A stretch of 64,000 nucleotides of DNA, taken from Candidatus Entotheonellaceae bacterium (GTDB taxonomy: Bacteria > Tectomicrobia > Entotheonellia > Entotheonellales > Entotheonellaceae). Positions 29,683 through 40,314 of this stretch are shown piece by piece. The notes under the pieces were generated by a model. The model saw nothing but the letters and a program-made list of their open reading frames with translations. It did not search any database and was not told where the DNA came from. How positions within the stretch are numbered: the stretch's first letter is position 1; every line of letters begins with the position of its first letter. The stretch covers positions 2,752,001 through 2,816,000 of the forward strand of contig OZ250173.1 of assembly GCA_965238075.1 (NCBI GenBank), given 5' to 3'. Position numbers and translations under genes: made by a program.

Positions 29683-30416
29683 CAGCGGCGCTCCGGGCGC
29701 GGGCCAAAAATGGCTGTCCCGACTCGCACCAGGGTCGCGCCCTCTTCGATGGCCACCTCATAGTCTGCCGTCATGCCCATGGATAGTTCGTCGAACGTCA
29801 TGCCGTCGTAGCCCTCTTGGGCCAGGCGATCGCGCAATTGGCGCAACTGGCGGAAAAAGGGTCTGGCCTCGTGTGGCTGCGACGTGGGTGGCGGAATGGT
29901 CATCAAACCGCGCACCTGAATATGCGGCAAGGCGGCGAGTTGTCTGATGTCGTTCAGAAGGTCTGCCGTCGTCCAGCCGCTCTTGCTCGTCTCGCCGCCA
30001 ACGTTCACCTCCAGCAGCACCGATAGCCGGCGCCCCAGACGCTCGGCGCGGCGGTTGATTTCCTCGGCGAGTTCGAGGCGATCAAGCGAATGCATCATGT
30101 CGAACAGGTCGAAGACGTACCGCACTTTGTTACGTTGTAAAGGGCCGATCAGGTGCCACTCGACACCGGCCCGCCCGATCTGACCCAGCTTCTGCCGTGT
30201 TTCCTGGAGATAATTTTCCCCCAGGATGGTCACCCCCGCGGCAATGGCGGCACGAATGCGAGCGGCATCCACCGTCTTGCTGGCGGCAACCAGACGCACG
30301 GACATCGGGTCGCGACCAGCGCGTTCGGCCGCCTGTCGCATGCGTGTACGGACGCGCCTGACATTGTCGGCGATCGACAGAACTTTGTCGGTATCGGGTG
30401 CCTTGGCCTGCGTCAT
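29682..30416 (-). CDS. yggS: PLP homeostasis protein YggS
   Basis: AASKT, GENYLQE, LSMGMTADY, VRVGTAIFG; start approximate. Confidence 0.93.
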   Translation of the reverse strand: MTQAKAPDTDKVLSIADNVRRVRTRMRQAAERAGRDPMSVRLVAASKTVDAARIRAAIAAGVTILGENYLQETRQKLGQIGRAGVEWHLIGPLQRNKVRYVFDLFDMMHSLDRLELAEEINRRAERLGRRLSVLLEVNVGGETSKSGWTTADLLNDIRQLAALPHIQVRGLMTIPPPTSQPHEARPFFRQLRQLRDRLAQEGYDGMTFDELSMGMTADYEVAIEEGATLVRVGTAIFGPRPERR

Positions 30417-30513
30417 AACGATCTCTAATGTGACAATGTGGCGATTGCAACGATGTGGAAGCAAGGCGCTTGTATAGCAAGGCACCCGGCAAAGCGCAAT
30501 CATTTTTCCCCGT

Positions 30514-31362
30514 TCACCGAGTGGGGGCCGGTTTGCCATTACGCCGTATGCCGATAACGGCCATGCCGCGTCCGGCCGCTGGCCCCTCGGCGCGGTGGGA
30601 ATAGAAGTGTTGGTGGTGGCACTGCGTACACGGTGACACGGTCTCAATATGGGACGGCGGTACCCCTGCGGCCAGGAGTTGGCCTTCGTTGGCAGCCGTG
30701 AGGCTCATCGTCCAGGGTCGGGCCGTATCTCTGTGCCGCTCGCTGGGTTTGATGAACCGTGGCCAATCGGGGAAACGCTTTTGGAAGGGGCGTACGGCGC
30801 GGTCGTCCAGGTCATAGCAGCACGCGCCTATGGCCGGGCCAAGCAAGGCGTGCAATTGAGTCGGGTGGACGCCAAATTGCTGTTTGATGACGCCGATTGC
30901 AGCGCGAGTAACGAGATGGGAGGTTCCCATACGGCCGGCATGCACGAGCGCAACAAGTGGGGTATGCAAGGCGTAAAGCACGATGGGGAGGCAGTCGGCG
31001 GCGAGAATGCCTAGGGCCGCGTTGGGCTGCGTTGTTAGCAGCGCATCGGCCTCGACACCGGCAAGGCCGTTTTGCAATGCCGCAGAATCAACAACGCACA
31101 CCCTGTTTCCGTGGACCTGACGAACCGTGTGGAGCGCTGGCCCTTCCAGACCCAGCGCTTTCAACAACGCCTCACGGTGCCTGCTGACGACATGGCGCGG
31201 GCCCCGGTCGTAACTGAGATTGAACCCGCCCGTCGCAGAATCGGTCCGGCGCGTGGTAAAGGCGCATCGGAGCCAAGCATGACCCTGTATGGCGGCCGGT
31301 ATCAAGTACGCGACTTCAGGCGTGCGACACCACAGCAGGCGTCCTTCCGCAACGGCCTGCAT
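30514..31362 (-). CDS. pgeF: PgeF/YfiH laccase-domain protein
   Basis: QVHG, ADCLP, HAG, GPAIG..CY, FYSHR. Confidence 0.88.
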   Translation of the reverse strand: MQAVAEGRLLWCRTPEVAYLIPAAIQGHAWLRCAFTTRRTDSATGGFNLSYDRGPRHVVSRHREALLKALGLEGPALHTVRQVHGNRVCVVDSAALQNGLAGVEADALLTTQPNAALGILAADCLPIVLYALHTPLVALVHAGRMGTSHLVTRAAIGVIKQQFGVHPTQLHALLGPAIGACCYDLDDRAVRPFQKRFPDWPRFIKPSERHRDTARPWTMSLTAANEGQLLAAGVPPSHIETVSPCTQCHHQHFYSHRAEGPAAGRGMAVIGIRRNGKPAPTR

Positions 31363-31397
31363 GTGCCTCTCTCCGTGTGCGACTGGATTCGGATCTG

Positions 31398-32585
31398 TTA
31401 ACGGACTTTGCGGCGCACAAAGGCGGGAATGTCCAGGCGCCGTCCGCCGGGTTCAGTGGCAGGAGGCACGGCCTCTTTGGGACCTTGCGACCGCTGGCGA
31501 CGTTCCTGACCCCCGTCAAGACCGTACATGTCCTGATTGGTGCGCCCCGTTGGCCGTAGCGCCCGCGCGTCCCCGTCCCGATGATGAAAGCCGGTGGCGA
31601 TAACCGTCACGCGCAATTCGTCTTCGAGTTTCTCGTCGGTCACGGCGCCGAAAATGATATGCGCATCTTCGTGGACCGCCTCGCGGATAATCGACGCCGC
31701 GTCGTGAACTTCATGAAGTGCAATGTCATAACCGCCGGTGACGTTCAATAAAATGCCGCGTGCGCCGTCAATCGAGGAATCCTCGAGCAGCGGACTGGAG
31801 ACAGCCAGGTGCGCCGCCTCAATGGCCCGCTTGTCGCCATATCCGACACCGGTTCCCATAACGGCCAAACCCATACCGCTCATGATGGTCTGAACGTCGG
31901 CGAAATCCAGGTTGATCAGGCCGGGCGCGACGATCAGGTCTACAATGCCTTCCACCGCCTGTCGCAGCACGTTGTCCGCTACTTTGAAAGCGTCGCGCAG
32001 CGAGGTGCCACGACCCACGACCTGCAGCAACCGCTGGTTGGGAATGGTGATCAGTGTGTCTGCCGTGTTGCGCAGTGCGCGCACGCCCTCCTCGGCCTGC
32101 GTTTTGCGCGTCTTACCCTCGAAATCAAACGGTTTGGTGATGACCGCGACCGCCAAGCAACCCAGTTCCTTGGCAACTTTGGCGATAATCGGCGCTGCGC
32201 CCGTGCCGGTGCCGCCACCCATGCCGGCGGTAATAAACACCATGTCGGTACCGGCCAGATGGTCGCTGATTTCCCGATGGCTTTCCTCTGCGGAGCGGCG
32301 GCCGACTTCGGGATCTGCGCCAGCGCCCAGGCCCTTGGTCAATTCCGACCCGATTTGCAGCTTGGTCGATGCCAAGGTGGCCTCGAGCGCCTGCAGATCG
32401 GTATTCGCGGTAATAAATTCAACGCCTCCACTGCGTTCCTCGATCATGTTGTCTACGGCGTTGCCGCCTGCACCGCCCACGCCGATGACCTTAATCGACG
32501 TCACGCCGTTATGTGCGCGTTCGGCAAGGTGAATACGGTTGTTTTCGTCCCCAGACACATCGGCCAATGACAAACGATTCTCCAT
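31398..32585 (-). CDS. ftsZ: Cell division protein FtsZ
   Basis: GMGGGTGTG tubulin motif, NLDFADV, C-terminal LDIPAF. Confidence 0.97.
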   Translation of the reverse strand: MENRLSLADVSGDENNRIHLAERAHNGVTSIKVIGVGGAGGNAVDNMIEERSGGVEFITANTDLQALEATLASTKLQIGSELTKGLGAGADPEVGRRSAEESHREISDHLAGTDMVFITAGMGGGTGTGAAPIIAKVAKELGCLAVAVITKPFDFEGKTRKTQAEEGVRALRNTADTLITIPNQRLLQVVGRGTSLRDAFKVADNVLRQAVEGIVDLIVAPGLINLDFADVQTIMSGMGLAVMGTGVGYGDKRAIEAAHLAVSSPLLEDSSIDGARGILLNVTGGYDIALHEVHDAASIIREAVHEDAHIIFGAVTDEKLEDELRVTVIATGFHHRDGDARALRPTGRTNQDMYGLDGGQERRQRSQGPKEAVPPATEPGGRRLDIPAFVRRKVR

Positions 32586-32606
32586 CTCTCTCCGCCCCCT
32601 TCTGCT

Positions 32607-33845
32607 TTATGAAACGAAGTCAGTGAACCAATCGCGCACGCGATGGTAGAACCTGCTGAACAGACCTTGCCCCGCGAACTGGTGTAAACGACCCTGTTGC
32701 TGTCTAGCCGCAAATAACAACAAGCCCACACTCGTGGCATTCACGGGGTTCTTTACAATTTCCGTCAGCCCCTCGATGCCATTGGGAATACCACACCGAA
32801 CTGGCACCTGAAACACCTCCTCTGCCAGTTCCACGACGCCCTCCAACGACGCCGTCCCGCCCGTCAGAATGACGCACGAAATCATGTCAGCATCGTAGCC
32901 GCTGTCATTGATCTCGCTTAGGACCATCTGCAAAATCTCCTCAGCCCGTGGTTCGATGATCTCGCAGATGTCGAGCCGCCGCATACGCTCGGTCTCGTAA
33001 TTGCCGTTGAAACTGACCTCCACCACGTCGCGGTCATTGACGAGCGGGAGGTATGCGCAGCCGTGGGCTTTCTTGATCTGTTCGGCATCCGGCACGGAGG
33101 TATTCAGCCCGATAGCCAGATCTTTGGTAATGTGCGCGCCGCCGACACCCAGAACCGTCGTGAATTTCAGGCTGCCGTCTGAAATCAGCGCGATGTTGGT
33201 GCTACCGCCGCCGATGTCGATAAGCAGCACCTCCGCGTCGCGTTCATCGGCATTCAAGGTCGCCTCACTGACGGCTAGCTGCTCCAGCACAATGTCCTCG
33301 ACTTCGAATCCGGCCTTGTTGACACATTTGATGACGTTGTTGGCCGCAGCCATGGTGACGGTGACAATATGGACTTTCGCCTCCAGGCGGGTAGCGGACA
33401 TTCCGAGAGGCGGTTCCAGAATGCCGCCTTGGTCGTCCACGACAAACTCTTGCGGCAAGACATGAATGATCTCGCGATCCTCCGGCAGTGCCACGACCCG
33501 CGCCGCCTCGATGACCCGCTCAATCTCGCGCCCGGTAATTTCCTGGTTCTTCACGGCGATGATGCCGGCGCTGTTGATGCCGCTGATGTGCGGACCGGCA
33601 AGACTCACGTAGACGGAGTCAACCTCGACACCGGCCATGATCTGGGCTTCTTCGACGGCTTTGCCGATGGCCTCCACGGTCCTATCCATATGGGCCACGA
33701 CACCCTTCTGGAGCCCGCTGCAAAGATGGGAGCCGATACCGATCACGTCGATCATTCCATCGTCTTGGGTTTCTCCGATGATGGCCGAAATTTTGGTGGT
33801 CCCCATATCCAGACCAACTACAATGTTGCGTGCCTTGCGGCCCAT
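32607..33845 (-). CDS. ftsA: Cell division protein FtsA
   Basis: GLDMGTTK, DIGGGST, LTGG. Confidence 0.96.
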   Translation of the reverse strand: MGRKARNIVVGLDMGTTKISAIIGETQDDGMIDVIGIGSHLCSGLQKGVVAHMDRTVEAIGKAVEEAQIMAGVEVDSVYVSLAGPHISGINSAGIIAVKNQEITGREIERVIEAARVVALPEDREIIHVLPQEFVVDDQGGILEPPLGMSATRLEAKVHIVTVTMAAANNVIKCVNKAGFEVEDIVLEQLAVSEATLNADERDAEVLLIDIGGGSTNIALISDGSLKFTTVLGVGGAHITKDLAIGLNTSVPDAEQIKKAHGCAYLPLVNDRDVVEVSFNGNYETERMRRLDICEIIEPRAEEILQMVLSEINDSGYDADMISCVILTGGTASLEGVVELAEEVFQVPVRCGIPNGIEGLTEIVKNPVNATSVGLLLFAARQQQGRLHQFAGQGLFSRFYHRVRDWFTDFVS

Positions 33846-33863
33846 AGTGCTCCTCCCAACGCG

Positions 33864-34679
33864 TCAGCCTTTGGGTATGACGATAATCCTATTTCGATAT
33901 GAAAGATCAATGGCCTGTACTGCGAGCCCTTGATGGGCAATGTAGGTCAAGACGTGCGGTAGGCGCCCCAGTTGGGAGACGATCTGCCCCTCACCAAAAC
34001 GCAGTTGGAACGTGTACGGTTCTATCTTCCACACCGAGGCGCCCGAGGCCGAGACGGAGAGTTTCCGGAGGCGCATGGTGGCATTCAATGGGGATTTCCG
34101 GTAGGTGTGTAGCAATTCAAAGGCGCGTTCAATCTCCTTCAGGTCCAGGCGCATACCGGGCGACAAGACGTGCTGTTGATTCAAAACCAGCTCCGGTAGG
34201 GCGCCATCCTCTTCGGGATCGAAGTCGCGTAGGACGTGCCCTTCGGTATCTACGATCAGGCTCTGCCCGCGCAAGCGTATGACAAGGGCAGGGGACTGCT
34301 CCCGAATGGTAACCTCCAGCGTGTCGGGTAGGAGGCGGCGCAAGGCTACCGTTTGGATAAATGGATGGCCGGATAAGCGCGTTCCGAGCCGTGGCAAATC
34401 GATTGCCAGCAGCGAATGATCGGCCGGAATGGCGAGAAGATAGCGAATGTGTTGCTCCGAGAGCGTTTTGTTACCGGTGATTCGAATGGTCCGCAGCTTG
34501 AAATAATCGGCCTGTACGACACGTTCCCACACGCCGTACGCGCCCCATGCCAACACCGCACACAGTGTCAGTCCCACCAAGCATTTGCCTAGGAAGAACG
34601 TTCTGCGCAGCCAGCGCCTGGCACGCAGTTGTCGGCGTTGTGCTTGATGCAGCGCGTTGCTGATGGCGGCTAGTGGCAT
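33864..34679 (-). CDS. ftsQ: Cell division protein FtsQ
   Basis: TM plus POTRA-like region, C-terminal IDLSY; position before ftsA. Confidence 0.85.
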   Translation of the reverse strand: MPLAAISNALHQAQRRQLRARRWLRRTFFLGKCLVGLTLCAVLAWGAYGVWERVVQADYFKLRTIRITGNKTLSEQHIRYLLAIPADHSLLAIDLPRLGTRLSGHPFIQTVALRRLLPDTLEVTIREQSPALVIRLRGQSLIVDTEGHVLRDFDPEEDGALPELVLNQQHVLSPGMRLDLKEIERAFELLHTYRKSPLNATMRLRKLSVSASGASVWKIEPYTFQLRFGEGQIVSQLGRLPHVLTYIAHQGLAVQAIDLSYRNRIIVIPKG

Positions 34680-34682
34680 GTC

Positions 34683-35624
34683 TTAGCCCTTCTCCCCGAC
34701 GATGCGCACTTCCCTGGTCAGTGAGATGTCATACGCTTCCTGAACGCGGTCCCGGATATAAGCGATTAAGGTTTCGACATCGGCAGCCGTAGCGCGGGCA
34801 ACGTTAATAATGAAATTGGCGTGCACTAGCGAGACTTGCGCACCGCCGATTCGGGTGCCCTTCAATCTCAGGCGTTCGATCAAATACCCGGCAGCCCGCC
34901 CGTGGGGGTTTGTGAAGGTAGAGCCGGCGCTGGGCAATGTAAGGGGTTGCGTCTGGCGCCGCCGCTTGTATGCTCCGCGCATGGTCGAGTTGACGGCTGA
35001 TGCGTCGCCGCGCTGAAGCCGTAGGGTCGTTTCCAACAGGATGGCCCCCGGCGGATACGAGGAGGCCCGATAGCGCAATCCCAAGGCACTGGCCGGCAAG
35101 TTGTATACGTTGCCGTCTCGACACAACATACGCGCGGCTACCAAGGTGCCACTCATGTCTCCGAGGCTGGTGCCGGCGTTCATCACCATGGCCCCGCCAA
35201 TCGTCCCCGGTATTCCGTAGGCAAATTCCAGGCCGCTCCAACCACGCCTGCCTACTTGCATCGCCAAGCGCGACAACGAGTAGCCGGCGCCCACTTTCAC
35301 GACCGCCGTCTCGCCGTCGGCATTGGGTTGCAGATCATAGCTACGGAATGCGCCGCGCATCAGCAACATGATACCACGGATGCCGGCGTCACGTATCAGC
35401 GTATTGGAGCCGCCGCCGAGGACGGAAAGCGGAATTTCATGCCGGTTGGCTATGGCCAGCACCTGTCGGAACATTTCAAGGTTGTCGATCTGTACCAACG
35501 CGTCCACAGGGCCGCCGACTCGTAGCGAGGTGTAGGGGGCCAAGGGACACCCAAAGGCCATGCGCGCCGGGATATCGCGCAGAAGCTCCGGGAGATTCCA
35601 TTGCGGTGCCTGTGCCGGCCCCAT
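34683..35624 (-). CDS. murB: UDP-N-acetylenolpyruvoylglucosamine reductase
   Basis: GGGSN, IPGTIGG..MNAG, SAGSTF, HANFIIN. Confidence 0.93.
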   Translation of the reverse strand: MGPAQAPQWNLPELLRDIPARMAFGCPLAPYTSLRVGGPVDALVQIDNLEMFRQVLAIANRHEIPLSVLGGGSNTLIRDAGIRGIMLLMRGAFRSYDLQPNADGETAVVKVGAGYSLSRLAMQVGRRGWSGLEFAYGIPGTIGGAMVMNAGTSLGDMSGTLVAARMLCRDGNVYNLPASALGLRYRASSYPPGAILLETTLRLQRGDASAVNSTMRGAYKRRRQTQPLTLPSAGSTFTNPHGRAAGYLIERLRLKGTRIGGAQVSLVHANFIINVARATAADVETLIAYIRDRVQEAYDISLTREVRIVGEKG

Positions 35625-35625
35625 C

Positions 35626-37011
35626 CTATGCCTTTCCCGTCCGCAGGAATTCCTCGGCAACTTTCCATACGTCGCCCGCGCCGAGGGTCAAAAGCACGTC
35701 GTGCTTTCGTGCGTAACCATTCAGAAATGGCACCACCTGAGAGGCATCGTTGAGGTAATACACGTTCTTTTGTCCGTGTGCGGTGACGCCTTTGTATAAG
35801 ACGCCGGTCGTGACACCCGGAATAGGTTCTTCACCGGCGCCATAGATGTCCAACATGATGAGCGCATCGGCCTCGCTGAATGCCATGCTGAATTCCCGCT
35901 GTAACAGGTGCGTTCGAGTGTATCGGTGCGGTTGAAATACCACGACGAGACGTCTGTGCGGCCACACCGTTTTGGCAGTCCTGAGCGTGTGGCGGATTTC
36001 CTCGGGATGATGACCGTAGTCATCGACGACCGTTACGCCATAGCATTCGCCGCGCGTTTCAAAACGCCGCTGCACGCCGCCAAAACTTTCGAGTGCACTT
36101 GAAATAGCCGATTTAGACAGCCCTAACTCGCAACCTACTGTTATCGCTGCCAAAGCGTTAGAGACATTATGACGTCCTGGAAGGTTAAGGGTGAAGCGGC
36201 CTAACGACGAGTCTTTCCTGACAACCTCAAAAAACATTTGCAGCCCTGCATTGTATATGTTTTGGGCCATGTAGTCAGCAGAATTATTCAACCCGTAGGT
36301 CATCACAGGAGCCTTCATTTCGTAATCATTGACTAGTTCTTTTAAATTTTCGTTATCATTGCATATTATATTTAATCCATGATAAGAGACATTATTCATA
36401 AATTTCTTGAAGTATTGGCTTATATCTTCAAGATTTTCGTAATGATCAGGGTGCTCCAGGTCCAGCGTTGTAATGACATTCATAACCGGCGGTAACAGAA
36501 GGAATGACCCGTCACTTTCATCAGCCTCGGCAACCACGTAATCGCCCTGACCGAGCTTCCCGTTGCTCCCCAGGCTCTTCAGTCGCCCCCCGATCAGCAC
36601 GGTAGGGTCCAGACCTCCAGACTCCAGAACCGTTGCGATCAAAGATGCCGTTGTTGTTTTTCCATGCGTGCCGGCAACGGCAATACCCTGTCTGCCGCGC
36701 ATCAGTTCCGCCAGCATCGCCGCCCGCGGAATGACCAGGGTATCTTGCGCGTGCGCCGCGGTCACTTCGACGTTGTCCGGCGATATGGCAGAGGAAACCA
36801 CCACAATGTCGCATCCCGAGATATGAGACGCCGCATGGCCCTGGAACACCGTGGCGCCCCCATCCTGCAGCTCATGTGTTACATCGGACAGGGCTATGTC
36901 TGATCCGCTGATGGTGTAGCCGAGTTGAAGCAGGACGGTGGCGATGGCACTCATGCCCATACCGCCGATGCCAACGAAATGAATGTGGCACGCTTTACAT
37001 AACATAGACAT
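35626..37011 (-). CDS. murC: UDP-N-acetylmuramate--L-alanine ligase
   Basis: GIGGMGMS, GTHGKTT, EADESD, DDYGHHP, FQPHRY. Confidence 0.95.
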   Translation of the reverse strand: MSMLCKACHIHFVGIGGMGMSAIATVLLQLGYTISGSDIALSDVTHELQDGGATVFQGHAASHISGCDIVVVSSAISPDNVEVTAAHAQDTLVIPRAAMLAELMRGRQGIAVAGTHGKTTTASLIATVLESGGLDPTVLIGGRLKSLGSNGKLGQGDYVVAEADESDGSFLLLPPVMNVITTLDLEHPDHYENLEDISQYFKKFMNNVSYHGLNIICNDNENLKELVNDYEMKAPVMTYGLNNSADYMAQNIYNAGLQMFFEVVRKDSSLGRFTLNLPGRHNVSNALAAITVGCELGLSKSAISSALESFGGVQRRFETRGECYGVTVVDDYGHHPEEIRHTLRTAKTVWPHRRLVVVFQPHRYTRTHLLQREFSMAFSEADALIMLDIYGAGEEPIPGVTTGVLYKGVTAHGQKNVYYLNDASQVVPFLNGYARKHDVLLTLGAGDVWKVAEEFLRTGKA

Positions 37012-37014
37012 CTC

Positions 37015-38133
37015 TCACGCCACGGAAGCGTCGAGCATTTGCAGACACGCGCTGACGATATCGTGAGCCGCGTGCGGACGCCCGAGGCTGCGACTCTGCG
37101 CTGCCTGTTCTCTCAGGCTTGCCGGATCAAGAATGTACGGTCGCAAGTGTTCATAGAGCCACCGTCCGGTCAGCTCCACATCGAGAATGACGTGCGCCGC
37201 GCCGCGTTCTCGCAACGCCAGGGCGTTGTGGCGTTGATGATCGTCGGCGGCATGGGGATAAGGCACCAGAATGGCAGGTTTGCCGCAAGCTGTCAGCTCC
37301 GCCAGCGTGCTGGCACCGGCCCGGCACAGTACAAGATGAGCCCAGCGATAGCGTTCTGGCATGTCGTGCAGGAAAGCGTGGACCTCTGCCGTGATACCAC
37401 TTCCTTGGTATGCCTCGGTGACGCGGAGCAAGTCGGTTTCACCCGTTTGGTGTACGAAACTGACTCGCTGTCTGTGTGTCTCTAGTAAAGGCAACGCCTC
37501 TATAACAGCCTGATTGAGCCGATGGGCGCCCTGGCTGCCGCCCACCACAAGGATGTTGAGACGGGTCGTGTCGTCGGGTGCCGTATCCGACGTCTGGGCG
37601 ATAATTTCGGGGCGGATCGGCGTGCCGGTACATACAACCTGTGGCTCCGGCAGAAAATCGCTGCTCTCCGGGAAGGCTGTAAACACCCGCTGGGCGTATC
37701 GTGCCAGGACGCGCACGGTGAGGCCGGGCACGAGGTTCTGCTCCATGATGACCCGCGGCAGACGCAGCAGCGCCGCAGCCAGCAGGGCAGGTGCCATGAC
37801 GTAGCCGCCGGCCCCGATAACCAGGTGAGGTCGCCAGCGGTGCAACAGCCGGAGAGCCTGCAGCGTGCCAATACTCAGCACACCCAAGGATCGGAGCTGG
37901 GCCAGTTTCGTGCGGCCTTGCAAGCTCTGTACGTTTACCGTGTACAAAGGGAAACCTTCTCCGGGCACCAAGCGCTCCTCCAGTCCACCTCGCCGCCCCA
38001 AAAAGGCGACGTCGGTGCCGGGGCAAGCGGCCTGAAAACACCGGGCCACGGCAATGCCCGGATAAAGGTGTCCGCCGGTTCCTCCGGCAGCCACCATAAT
38101 TCGCCATCCCGGCTGACCCGGCATAGGCGCCAT
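37015..38133 (-). CDS. murG: MurG glycosyltransferase
   Basis: GGTGGH, GGSQGA, RAGAST, HQRHNA. Confidence 0.95.
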   Translation of the reverse strand: MAPMPGQPGWRIMVAAGGTGGHLYPGIAVARCFQAACPGTDVAFLGRRGGLEERLVPGEGFPLYTVNVQSLQGRTKLAQLRSLGVLSIGTLQALRLLHRWRPHLVIGAGGYVMAPALLAAALLRLPRVIMEQNLVPGLTVRVLARYAQRVFTAFPESSDFLPEPQVVCTGTPIRPEIIAQTSDTAPDDTTRLNILVVGGSQGAHRLNQAVIEALPLLETHRQRVSFVHQTGETDLLRVTEAYQGSGITAEVHAFLHDMPERYRWAHLVLCRAGASTLAELTACGKPAILVPYPHAADDHQRHNALALRERGAAHVILDVELTGRWLYEHLRPYILDPASLREQAAQSRSLGRPHAAHDIVSACLQMLDASVA

Positions 38134-39221
38134 TACGTTTTCCTTCCGGCGATGTTCAGCATGGTTCCCACAGCAAGCATTGAGACAAGAAGATTCGATC
38201 CGCCGTGACTGATGAATGGCAGCGGCATGCCCTTGGTTGGCAGCAGACCGCTAACTACCCCCAGATTTATGGTGACCTGCAGGGCCAGGGAGATGAAGAT
38301 GCCAAGTCCCAAATAGCTGCCGAAGGGCTCGTTGCACTTCACGGCGATGTTCAGGATGCGCCACAGCAGCACGGCAAACAGCGCGATGAGTGCAAAGGCG
38401 CCGATCAGGCCCATCTCTTCACCGATAATCGCGAAGATAAAGTCGGTATGCGATTCGGGCAGATAGAACAGTTTTTGCTGACTCTGTCCCAGCCCAACGC
38501 CGGCCCAACCTCCTCTCCCTAGAGCCTTGTGAGCCTGGACGATCTGATAACCGCTACCTTGCGGGTCCTTCCATGGCTGGAGGAAGGCCAACACACGGTT
38601 GAGGTTGTAGCCGGCGAAAAACAATTTGTACCAGAGGAATGGCAACATCCCGGCGGCCGTGAGCGCCAGGTATCGCCATGGAACGCCGGCAATAAGCAGT
38701 ATTAAGCCAGCGGACGCCACCAGAACGACCGCGGTGCCCAGATCCGGCTGCAGCATGACCAGGCCAAAGACGATGCCCATCATGATGACATTGGGAAGGT
38801 AAGTATGAACGAGGCTCTCCGGACGGTGTGAATTGGCCGCTAAAATGCGGGCCACGTACATGATCAGGACGTACTTGGCGAGTTCCGATGGCTGAAAGGA
38901 GAAGGGGCCGAGAACCAGCCAGCGTTGAGCGCCGCCAACTTTCTTGCCAGCCACCAAAACAACGACCAACAGCAGCAGCACAAAGCCCGCGGCCGGCAGC
39001 GCCAAGCGCCGTTGCACCGGATACGGAACCGAAGCCGCTATCCACATTGCCACCAATCCCAGGCCGGACCACATCAACTGGCGCTTCAGGAAGTACAGGG
39101 AATCGTCATAACGGTCTTGCGCCATGATGGCGCTTGTGCTGTAAAGCATTCCCAAGCCGACCGTGACCAGGACGAGGGTCACGACGAGTAGGGGCAGGTC
39201 GGTGCGTCGTGCTGAGAACAT
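38133..39221 (-). CDS. ftsW: FtsW (SEDS) peptidoglycan polymerase
   Basis: QPSELAK, QPDLG, LPESHTDF, GGS. Confidence 0.95.
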   Translation of the reverse strand: MFSARRTDLPLLVVTLVLVTVGLGMLYSTSAIMAQDRYDDSLYFLKRQLMWSGLGLVAMWIAASVPYPVQRRLALPAAGFVLLLLVVVLVAGKKVGGAQRWLVLGPFSFQPSELAKYVLIMYVARILAANSHRPESLVHTYLPNVIMMGIVFGLVMLQPDLGTAVVLVASAGLILLIAGVPWRYLALTAAGMLPFLWYKLFFAGYNLNRVLAFLQPWKDPQGSGYQIVQAHKALGRGGWAGVGLGQSQQKLFYLPESHTDFIFAIIGEEMGLIGAFALIALFAVLLWRILNIAVKCNEPFGSYLGLGIFISLALQVTINLGVVSGLLPTKGMPLPFISHGGSNLLVSMLAVGTMLNIAGRKT

Positions 39222-39228
39222 AGACGGT

Positions 39229-40314
39229 TTACCGGAGCTTCAGGGTGCTGAGACTGAGCAGGGCCAAGGCGATGGCGATGATCCAGAATCGGACGATGAC
39301 TTTTGGTTCCTGCCATCCCTTTTCTTCAAAGTGATGATGCAAGGGAGCCATGCGGAACACACGCTTTCCCGTCAACTTGAACGACACCACTTGCACGATG
39401 ACCGACAGGGTCTCGATGACGAAAAGGCCGCCAATGATCATTAAGAGGAGTTCGTGTTTGGCCAGCACCGCAATCATTCCCAAAGCGCCGCCAAGAGATA
39501 GGGAGCCCACGTCGCCCATGAAAACCTGGGCGGGATACGAATTAAACCACAGGAAACCCAGGCTAGCGCCAAGCAAGGAACCGCAGAATACGGCAACCTC
39601 GCCGGCACCGGGTACGTGCAGGATATTCAGGTATTCGGCAAAACGTGCATTTCCCGCCACATAGGAAAGACCCGTGTAGGCGAGGGTGGCAATAATCACG
39701 GGCCCGATGGCCAAGCCGTCCAAGCCGTCGGTGAGGTTGACGGCGTTGCTGGTGCCGACGATGACCATGATAGCAAATGGGATGTACCACCAGCCAAGAT
39801 CGGGCGTGAGCTCCTTGAAGAACGGCACGCTCAGGCGTGTCACGCCGCTGCGGTCTTCCGCAATGAGCAGGAGCACCAGCACCATGACGCCTGCCACGAC
39901 GATTTCCGCGCCGAATTTATATTTTGCCGGCAGGCCGGCGGGGCTTTTCCGCACGGTTTTCAGGTAATCATCCCAGAAGCCGATGGCGCCGAAGCACAAA
40001 GTCGTGCTCAGCACCAACCAGACGTAAGGCTTGCCCAGGTTGCCCCATAACAGGGTCGACACACCAAGTGCGGCAAGGAGAAGCACGCCGCCCATCGTCG
40101 GCGTGCCGGCCTTGCTGAGGTGAGACTGCGGACCGTCGTCGCGCACCACCTGCCCCACCTGCAGGTTACGCAACAGCCGGATGACGTACGGACCGATCAG
40201 CCAACTGATGATCAGGGCGGTCATGATGGCATAGGCGGTGCGAAAGGTGATGTAGCGGAAGACGTTAAACGCGGTGAAGGTTTGATGCAGCGGGTACAGG
40301 ACATGGTAGAACAT
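39229..40314 (-). CDS. mraY: Phospho-N-acetylmuramoyl-pentapeptide transferase
   Basis: [28 protein letters not shown]. Confidence 0.96.
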   Translation of the reverse strand: MFYHVLYPLHQTFTAFNVFRYITFRTAYAIMTALIISWLIGPYVIRLLRNLQVGQVVRDDGPQSHLSKAGTPTMGGVLLLAALGVSTLLWGNLGKPYVWLVLSTTLCFGAIGFWDDYLKTVRKSPAGLPAKYKFGAEIVVAGVMVLVLLLIAEDRSGVTRLSVPFFKELTPDLGWWYIPFAIMVIVGTSNAVNLTDGLDGLAIGPVIIATLAYTGLSYVAGNARFAEYLNILHVPGAGEVAVFCGSLLGASLGFLWFNSYPAQVFMGDVGSLSLGGALGMIAVLAKHELLLMIIGGLFVIETLSVIVQVVSFKLTGKRVFRMAPLHHHFEEKGWQEPKVIVRFWIIAIALALLSLSTLKLR

